A stretch of 54,308 bases of DNA from a virus. Its lineage: Duplodnaviria > Caudoviricetes. Position numbers and translations under genes: made by a program. This document shows positions 1-4,421 of the stretch, piece by piece. The DNA lies in the IMG/VR virus record IMGVR_UViG_3300037991_005364, positions 1-54,308 of that record. One strand, 5' to 3'. The stretch's first letter is position 1; each line of letters starts with the position of its first letter. The notes beneath the pieces are model-generated. The model was not told the DNA's origin. It saw nothing but the letters and a program-made list of their open reading frames with translations, and did not search any database.

Positions 1-1
1 T

Positions 2-382
2 GCATTGGTGAAAGGATCGAAAGAGACGGTGCTGAAACCGACAACAAAACCAACGGTCAATAGGCAAACAACGTTCAAGGATTTCACACAAAAGTATCAA
101 CCTAATGTTCAAGGTCCAAAGAGATCTGAGTTACAAGTACAAGCAGATCATATATTGAGGACTACTAAGAAGAGGAGAAAGACGATAACAAAGTCACAAT
201 TAGATTCAATGCAAATATCAGATAAGGAGAAGCAGAAGTTAATTAGACAAGGATTAGTCACAGAGGATAATAAGAATAGAGATGCTAAACTCTATGGACA
301 ATATAAGCAATTACAGAATCCTAGTGATCCTAGAGAGCAACAGATAAGAGATGCAATTAAAGCAAGATTGAAGAAAGTTTAA
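2..382 (+). CDS. Basic hypothetical protein, probably the 3' part of a gene starting upstream of the window
   Basis: Frame is open from position 2 (GCA TTG GTG...) to TAA at 380-382; K/R/Q-rich; contains TTFKDF and LVTE|D motifs. Confidence 0.6.
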   Translation, partial: ALVKGSKETVLKPTTKPTVNRQTTFKDFTQKYQPNVQGPKRSELQVQADHILRTTKKRRKTITKSQLDSMQISDKEKQKLIRQGLVTEDNKNRDAKLYGQYKQLQNPSDPREQQIRDAIKARLKKV

Positions 383-405
383 TTTAATAATCATGAATCT
401 TACAA

Positions 406-600
406 ATGTGGAAGATTTGGTGTAAAGCATTAGGTACAAAAGAGGGTAAGAGTAACAGAGAAGCAGATGCAGTTGCTGTTATTCGTACCCTTATTTTGTT
501 GGGTTATATGATTACTAACTCCTTCATTATGGCAGGGGTGGTTAGACATTGGAACTCAGAGACAAATGTATTCGTTGATACAGTTATTATAGAGAAATAG
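406..600 (+). CDS. Small membrane protein typical of marine T4-like phages
   Basis: MWKIWCKALG...EADAVAVIRT followed by a hydrophobic stretch LILLGYMITNSFIMAGVV and RHWN. Confidence 0.75.
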   Translation: MWKIWCKALGTKEGKSNREADAVAVIRTLILLGYMITNSFIMAGVVRHWNSETNVFVDTVIIEK

Positions 601-790
601 GTTAAAAAAAGGTTTTTAATATGATAATAAATATAAAACTGTTTTTTATCTCTTAGATACTGTGTGGTTGCTTTAGGGTGTCTTCGGAGTATCTTTGAAG
701 CATTTTATGTGCTTTTAATGTCTTGTAAAGGTGTCCAGTTAAGTGCTCTAAAATCTTATAGAAAGGTGCTGAGGTGTTGTGAGTTTAGCG

Positions 791-819
791 AGCGTATCAT
801 AAGACGCGCAGTCTGTCAA
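791..819 (-). promoter_or_regulatory. Leftward sigma70-type promoter, TTGACA-17-TACGCT with TGn extension
   Basis: + strand AGCGTA (791-796), 17-nt spacer, TGTCAA (814-819); points into non-coding 600-785. Confidence 0.55.
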
Positions 820-871
820 CCCACGGGGACGGGCAAAAATCAGCATAACTTAACATTTTTATAATTCTTTG

Positions 872-879
872 TATAAATA
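872..879 (+). promoter_or_regulatory. T4-type late promoter TATAAATA
   Basis: Exact gp55 consensus in an intergenic position. Confidence 0.5.
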
Positions 880-890
880 ACCACTATGAA

Positions 891-1102
891 TCTCGACGAG
901 ACTCACTGGTTCTTCTAGTTGACTTCTCGACGAGTTATCTGTATAATACACAAGAATCTAGACGAAGACTATGTACGACGACTACGATCTCGACTATACT
1001 TATGCTCCACAGTATGAGTACGATCTCGACGAGATTTATGACTCTTGGATACAATCTAGTTCGTCTAGTCAGGTCTATCTAGATGAAGATCTTCATCTAG
1101 AT
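891..1102. repeat. Cluster of TCT(C/A)GA(C/T)GA palindromic repeats plus a 26-bp perfect palindrome
   Basis: TCTCGACGAGA 891-901, TCTCGACGAG 925-934, TCTAGACGAAGA 957-968, TCTCGACTA 988-996, ATCTCGACGAGAT 1023-1035, inverted TTCGTCTAG 1060-1068, ATCTAGATGAAGA|TCTTCATCTAGAT 1077-1102. Confidence 0.85.
919..947 (+). promoter_or_regulatory. Near-consensus sigma70 early promoter TTGACT-17-TATAAT
   Basis: TTGACT 919-924 and TATAAT 942-947; the spacer contains a TCTCGACGAG box. Confidence 0.85.
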
Positions 1103-1162
1103 GATGAATATGCTCGTGATACACAAGACTATGATGCGCTTGCGTATCGTCATTATGCGTGA
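971..1162 (+). CDS. Very acidic Tyr/Asp-rich small protein (63 aa)
   Basis: ATG just downstream of a strong promoter; about 18 D/E, 12 Y and no Lys. Confidence 0.65.
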   Translation: MYDDYDLDYTYAPQYEYDLDEIYDSWIQSSSSSQVYLDEDLHLDDEYARDTQDYDALAYRHYA

Positions 1163-1168
1163 TACAAT
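1140..1168 (+). promoter_or_regulatory. sigma70 promoter TTGCGT-17-TACAAT with TGn extension
   Basis: TTGCGT 1140-1145 and TACAAT 1163-1168, followed by an A/C-rich leader to ATG 1192. Confidence 0.7.
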
Positions 1169-1191
1169 ACATGCACACACGCACTAGACAC

Positions 1192-1347
1192 ATGCTTACA
1201 CACACAAAGCGTACCATCCGTGTTACACTTGATGTAGAGTGTTATGATGATCTAACCCTAGAAGACCTAGACTGGAATGAGGTTCTGGGATTAGAAGGTG
1301 ATGAATGTGTCGATGCCACAGTAAAGGAGATTGAACCTGTTTGGTGA
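1192..1347 (+). CDS. Small acidic hypothetical protein (51 aa; start moved from 1159 to the ATG at 1192)
   Basis: The track start at 1159 lies inside the promoter; MLTHTKRTIRVTLDVECYDDL...; about 14 D/E. Confidence 0.7.
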   Translation: MLTHTKRTIRVTLDVECYDDLTLEDLDWNEVLGLEGDECVDATVKEIEPVW

Positions 1348-1352
1348 GAACA

Positions 1353-1376
1353 GTGGACACTTTCTAAACTGGCACA
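1353..1376 (+). promoter_or_regulatory. Dyad early-promoter box 1 (GTGGACACTT-N4-AACTGGCACA), followed 7 nt later by TTGACA
   Basis: Matches four other copies at 1514, 1770, 2416 and 3980. Confidence 0.75.
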
Positions 1377-1377
1377 C

Positions 1378-1401
1378 GACCCCTTGACAGGGGTTTTTTT
1401 T
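1378..1401 (+). terminator. Intrinsic terminator ACCCCT-TGAC-AGGGGT plus T-run; TTGACA spans the loop
   Basis: 6-bp stem followed by a T-run, downstream of ORF 1192-1347. Confidence 0.75.
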
Positions 1402-1406
1402 ATGTT

Positions 1407-1473
1407 TACCGGACGGCAGGTTCGGTGGCGATGTATTGTCGTCCGCACGGTTACCCCACCGCTCCTCTGATTT
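1407..1473 (-). ncRNA. Putative structured small RNA, copy A
   Basis: About 49/67 identical to 2310-2375; compensatory hairpin; minus-strand -10 TATCTT (1484-1479) 5 nt upstream of the conserved AAATCA start; the strand is inferred from the promoter. Confidence 0.6.
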
Positions 1474-1513
1474 CCTATAAGATAACAGGGATTGGGACAC
1501 TATGGGAGGTTGC

Positions 1514-1537
1514 TGTGCCACTTTCTGAACTGTCTAC
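1514..1537. promoter_or_regulatory. Dyad box 2 (inverted orientation) between divergent promoters
   Basis: TGTGCCACTT-TCTG-AACTGTCTAC; -10-like hexamers 29 nt to the left (minus TATCTT) and 28 nt to the right (CATCAT 1566-1571). Confidence 0.7.
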
Positions 1538-1595
1538 TTTGGTGGCACAGGGTCTGATTTTGGGGCATCATTGTGTCAAGTCACACCGCAACCCG

Positions 1596-1772
1596 ATGAC
1601 CTACATTCAGCAACACCCCAACGCCCCGTATTTTGGGGAGACGGTTTCATTCACACCGATTGGCGATCAGGTTCTGGTGATCGCTGATTCTCAAATGCTG
1701 ATGATGACGCGGGAAGATGCTAGGGCAGAATGGCGACAGAATGCCGGACAAGGTTGGCAGCGTCTGGCATAG
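1596..1772 (+). CDS. Small early hypothetical protein (58 aa; start at 1596 rather than 1425)
   Basis: ATG follows the promoter cassette; ends in ARAEWRQNAGQGW; the upstream extension overlaps regulatory and ncRNA elements. Confidence 0.65.
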   Translation: MTYIQQHPNAPYFGETVSFTPIGDQVLVIADSQMLMMTREDARAEWRQNAGQGWQRLA

Positions 1773-1828
1773 GACAGTCAACCTAGTGGCACAAGGGAGT
1801 GGCACAGACCCGCTCCCTCCTGTATCTT
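1770..1828 (+). promoter_or_regulatory. Dyad box 3, stem-loop and -10 (promoter-early stem-loop cassette)
   Basis: TAGGACAGTC-AACC-TAGTGGCACA 1770-1793; hairpin AGGGAGTGG/CCGCTCCCT 1794-1818; TATCTT 1823-1828. Confidence 0.7.
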
Positions 1829-1855
1829 AAAAGAGTCAAACAAAGGCACCCAACC

Positions 1856-2188
1856 ATGCGTAAGATTGAATCCCTGATGAACGCCGCCATTCAGAACAAT
1901 CAGAACTGGCAATCTGGCAACACTTCTGTTCATTTTGACGAAGAATCTGGCGTCTCTACTGTTCATCTCCACGGAAACAAAATTGCTGAGGTTGGTGATA
2001 CTTTCATCCGATTGTTTGACGGCGGTTGGCAATCAGTGACCACAAAATCCCGCCTTAATGCTATTTTGGCAGAACATGGTGAAGATGGTGATTGTGTTTT
2101 TCAGAAAAACTTTGACTGGTTTGTGAACATTAACACAGTGCAAGGTATCAGCACTGTTCCTTTCTTTTCATCAATGCGCCTGGGTTGA
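1856..2188 (+). CDS. Conserved phage early hypothetical protein (110 aa; start at 1856)
   Basis: MRKIESLMNAAI...VHLHGNKIA...GGWQSVTTKSRLNAIL is a pattern I recognise from many phage early regions; function unknown. Confidence 0.8.
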   Translation: MRKIESLMNAAIQNNQNWQSGNTSVHFDEESGVSTVHLHGNKIAEVGDTFIRLFDGGWQSVTTKSRLNAILAEHGEDGDCVFQKNFDWFVNINTVQGISTVPFFSSMRLG

Positions 2189-2196
2189 TAACATTT

Positions 2197-2224
2197 AAGG
2201 GGGGATATTTTCTCCCCTTTTTTT
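2197..2224 (+). terminator. Intrinsic terminator
   Basis: AAGGGGGGA-TATTT-TCTCCCCTT followed by a T-run, directly after the ORF ending at 2188. Confidence 0.85.
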
Positions 2225-2309
2225 ACATTTAAGAATCCTACCGGAGGGTCTACCTCTATCCTAGCACACCATGGGACACCCTCTGGAAATTTAACATTCC
2301 TGAAACAAT

Positions 2310-2375
2310 TACCGGCAGGCAGGGGAGGTGACGACCTTTGGCGTCTGCAGTGCTACCCCGCACCTCCTTTGATTT
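2310..2375 (-). ncRNA. Putative structured small RNA, copy B
   Basis: Homologous to 1407-1473; minus-strand -10 TATGAT (2387-2382) 6 nt upstream of AAATCA. Confidence 0.6.
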
Positions 2376-2415
2376 GAACCTATCATACATCCGCACGACC
2401 ACCCGCCAACCAATT

Positions 2416-2439
2416 TTGGACAGTTCGCCAACTGGCACA
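2416..2439. promoter_or_regulatory. Dyad box 4 between divergent promoters
   Basis: TTGGACAGTT-CGCC-AACTGGCACA; -10 hexamers 28 nt away on both sides (minus TATGAT; plus TATCAT 2468-2473). Confidence 0.75.
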
Positions 2440-2495
2440 AGGCCGCGGCATAGGATAAAAAATGACCTATCATTCTCTTAGTTGCAATCCACCCC

Positions 2496-2783
2496 ATGGA
2501 CTTTCACAACTACTCCCTGGACCAATACGAAGCGCAACAGGCAGCGGACGACCGCAACCGCCAGGCGCTGGACACCGACACTTGCTGGGATGATTTTGGT
2601 TTCCGTACCTTCTGGGATGAGGTAGAACTGCTGAATGACCTTCCGGTGGACCTGGAGGACGGGTGGGCATTGGAGGAGATCCTGGCAGCGTATAAGGTAG
2701 AAGACACTGCACGGGATGCTGTCGCTGCGATTGAGGACGGATACGACCCGACGCCCGACACCGCTTACGATTCCTTCCATTGA
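2496..2783 (+). CDS. Highly acidic early protein (95 aa)
   Basis: About 26 D/E and 1 K; follows a promoter cassette. Confidence 0.75.
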   Translation: MDFHNYSLDQYEAQQAADDRNRQALDTDTCWDDFGFRTFWDEVELLNDLPVDLEDGWALEEILAAYKVEDTARDAVAAIEDGYDPTPDTAYDSFH

Positions 2784-2793
2784 ATTTAAGGTT

Positions 2794-2852
2794 TGGGCGG
2801 TTGACTCCGCCCATCCTGTGCTACCATTAACTCAAGTTCAAACAAACGAACC
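2794..2852 (+). promoter_or_regulatory. Stem-loop, extended -10 and A/C-rich leader cassette
   Basis: TGGGCGG-TTGACT-CCGCCCA hairpin 2794-2813; TG-C-TACCAT 2819-2827; leader AGTTCAAACAAACGAACC-ATG. Confidence 0.7.
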
Positions 2853-3347
2853 ATGATCACTGGCACCGCTCTCCTGGATACCTACAACGCTATGCGCGAA
2901 CAGGGTAAAAAACCCTCTGAGATTGCCATCGCTTGTGGTTACTCAACGGCAGAAGGATCTAACACTAAGATTAACTTCACCGATTTCTACACTGAGTTAT
3001 TGAAGTCTAAGGGCGCTCTTCTTCGCGTTCTTGATGATAACGAAGCGGTGGAAATTAAGGCAGAGGATAGTGACTATCAGGAGCAAATTAATGAACTCCT
3101 GGAAGATTATCCTGCTGATGCAATTCGCGCCTTTATTGAACTTTATGGAGAAGATGATCTGGACCGCTTCAGTGACTCCTATCAGGGTGAAATGTCAGGC
3201 GCTGAGTTCGCTGAGCAGTTGGTCACTGATTGCTACTGTCTGGATCTGCCTGGATTCGTAGAGGTTGACTGGCAGGAGACTTGGGAGAACCTGGAACGTC
3301 ATGACTACAGCGAACAGGATGGGTTCATTTTCTCAGAGTGCTGGTGA
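2853..3347 (+). CDS. Fusion of a cyanobacterial AbrB-like N-terminal helical domain and an ArdA-like antirestriction (DNA-mimic) domain
   Basis: N-terminal ITGTALL...AIACGY...INFTDFYTELLKSKG; C-terminal YQGEMSGAEFAEQLV..DLPGFVEVDWQETWENL..DYSEQDGFIF resembles ArdA domain 3; very acidic. Confidence 0.65.
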   Translation: MITGTALLDTYNAMREQGKKPSEIAIACGYSTAEGSNTKINFTDFYTELLKSKGALLRVLDDNEAVEIKAEDSDYQEQINELLEDYPADAIRAFIELYGEDDLDRFSDSYQGEMSGAEFAEQLVTDCYCLDLPGFVEVDWQETWENLERHDYSEQDGFIFSECW

Positions 3348-3432
3348 TGTGACGGATTGTTAAAAAAAGGGGAACCATCTACAGTTCCCCTTCCTGATCT
3401 CTTATTATTAGTTCAGTTCACACAAACGAACC
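3348..3432 (+). promoter_or_regulatory. Second-family promoter cassette, copy 1
   Basis: TGTGACGGATTGTTAA; hairpin AAGGGGAAC/GTTCCCCTT 3367-3392; TATTAT 3403-3408; CAGTTCACACAA 3414-3425. Confidence 0.75.
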
Positions 3433-3732
3433 ATGTTCACCTCCATCACCCGCCGCCAATCTTTCGGTGCCACCTATCAGTGGGCGGTGCTCTCAACGCT
3501 CCCTATGGACACTGATAAGCAACGCGGCGGACTGCGTGCCTGTGAGGTCAATCAGGCACTGGGGATGCCTAAGGAAGCACGCACAACGGTAACGCTCCTG
3601 CTCAAGGCGATGGCGTCTCAGGGCATGGTCCGCCGTTATGAGTACATGATGGGCAAACAGAAAATGATCACTTACAAGCGACTCCTGCCGCTGCGTAAGC
3701 GTGAGCGCATCGCCCGCCTGATGGGAGTGTGA
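3433..3732 (+). CDS. Basic winged-helix-like DNA-binding protein
   Basis: LRACEVNQALGM...TVTLLLKAMASQGMVRRY pattern (HTH followed by a wing). Confidence 0.6.
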   Translation: MFTSITRRQSFGATYQWAVLSTLPMDTDKQRGGLRACEVNQALGMPKEARTTVTLLLKAMASQGMVRRYEYMMGKQKMITYKRLLPLRKRERIARLMGV

Positions 3733-3810
3733 ACGATTGTTAAAGATAGGGCAGGCATCCACAGTCTGCCCTCTCCATCGCCTACAATTATCTCAGTTCA
3801 CACAAGGACC
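3728..3810 (+). promoter_or_regulatory. Second-family promoter cassette, copy 2
   Basis: TGTGAACGATTGTTAA; hairpin AGGGCAGGC/GTCTGCCCT 3748-3772; TACAAT 3783-3788; CAGTTCACACAA 3794-3805; the conserved motifs are exactly 380 nt from those of copy 1. Confidence 0.75.
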
Positions 3811-4014
3811 ATGCCTCTCTCATTCTCCGACGCTCTCCTGCAACTGCCCGCCTTTGTTGCTGATAACACTGCATCCCTGGACCTTGCCTATGATTGGGTG
3901 TCGGAGATGACAGAACTTAACATCGCAGACAGTAAGCAACTGTGGCATGAGTTCTGGGTAGCATATCACGACGCCGCCTGGTGGCAGAATGACAACTGGC
4001 ACACGGTCGCTTGA
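3811..4014 (+). CDS. Small early hypothetical protein (67 aa)
   Basis: ATG directly after the cassette; Trp/Asp-rich; its 3' end overlaps dyad box 5. Confidence 0.65.
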   Translation: MPLSFSDALLQLPAFVADNTASLDLAYDWVSEMTELNIADSKQLWHEFWVAYHDAAWWQNDNWHTVA

Positions 4015-4039
4015 CAGCAGCGTTAGTGCGTGATAGGCA
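3980..4039 (+). promoter_or_regulatory. Dyad box 5 and TTGACA promoter
   Basis: AACTGGCACA 3994-4003; TTGACA 4011-4016 (same 7-nt gap as box 1); weak -10 TAGGCA at 17-nt spacing. Confidence 0.55.
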
Positions 4040-4162
4040 GTGCCCCCGCCGTCGGGGGTGCCGCCGCGCCCCGTATATAAAACCACTAGGTACCATTAAT
4101 CTATAAAGTCTTGCTTTTGCGAGGTCTTTGTATAACTCTTCACTTTTCTATATAAACCAAGA

Positions 4163-4351
4163 ATGGAAAACGAAATACATCATATGCAAAAAAATCCCGG
4201 AGAAAATTTTACCAATGTAGAGGTTGATCCTGTAACTGGTGAATATGTTATGAAGATACCTGAATGGATTATATCTGAGTTTGGGTGGTATGAGGGTACA
4301 GAGATTAATATGGAGGTAGATAAGGATAGCATCGTAATAACCGAATGCTAG
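4163..4351 (+). CDS. AbrB/MazE/SpoVT-like swapped-hairpin DNA-binding protein
   Basis: GEYVMKIPEWIISEFGWYEGTEINMEVDKDSIVI matches the IP..I...lG...Gd.v.......I.I pattern; alternative start at 4184. Confidence 0.7.
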   Translation: MENEIHHMQKNPGENFTNVEVDPVTGEYVMKIPEWIISEFGWYEGTEINMEVDKDSIVITEC

Positions 4352-4353
4352 TA

Positions 4354-4382
4354 TTGACTATCACTTAAGTTACTAGTATAAT
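4354..4382 (+). promoter_or_regulatory. sigma70 promoter TTGACT-17-TATAAT
   Basis: TTGACT 4354-4359 and TATAAT 4377-4382. Confidence 0.85.
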
Positions 4383-4421
4383 TACTATTGAATCGATTCA
4401 CATTCAAAACTTGACCTAATT

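Noticed and set aside
664-864. 66-aa ORF in the ORF track
   Set aside because: GTG start without an RBS, in skewed low-complexity DNA that overlaps a leftward promoter; more likely non-coding.
1407-2381. tRNA, permuted tRNA or HDV/twister/hammerhead ribozyme interpretation of the repeated element
   Set aside because: GGTTCAAATC and GCGGGGTAG (minus strand of B) and GCAGGTTCG (A) are not shared between copies and give no cloverleaf; I could not place the catalytic core motifs of these ribozymes.
1242-2497. Minus-strand ORFs spanning the candidate sRNAs (1242-1448, 1291-1521, 2256-2438, 2309-2497)
   Set aside because: The two homologous elements differ by a 1-nt indel and mostly non-synonymous changes, and most starts lie inside or upstream of the promoters; conservation is not at the protein level.
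3348-3743. TGTGA motifs as CRP or NtcA sites
   Set aside because: The second half-site (TCACA, or the GTA-N8-TAC pattern) is absent.
1353-4003. TGGCAC boxes as sigma54 promoters
   Set aside because: No TTGC -12 element at the required spacing, the boxes are dyads, and cyanobacteria lack sigma54.
891-4039. CRISPR array
   Set aside because: The repeats are degenerate, irregularly spaced and separated by genes; no cas genes are present.
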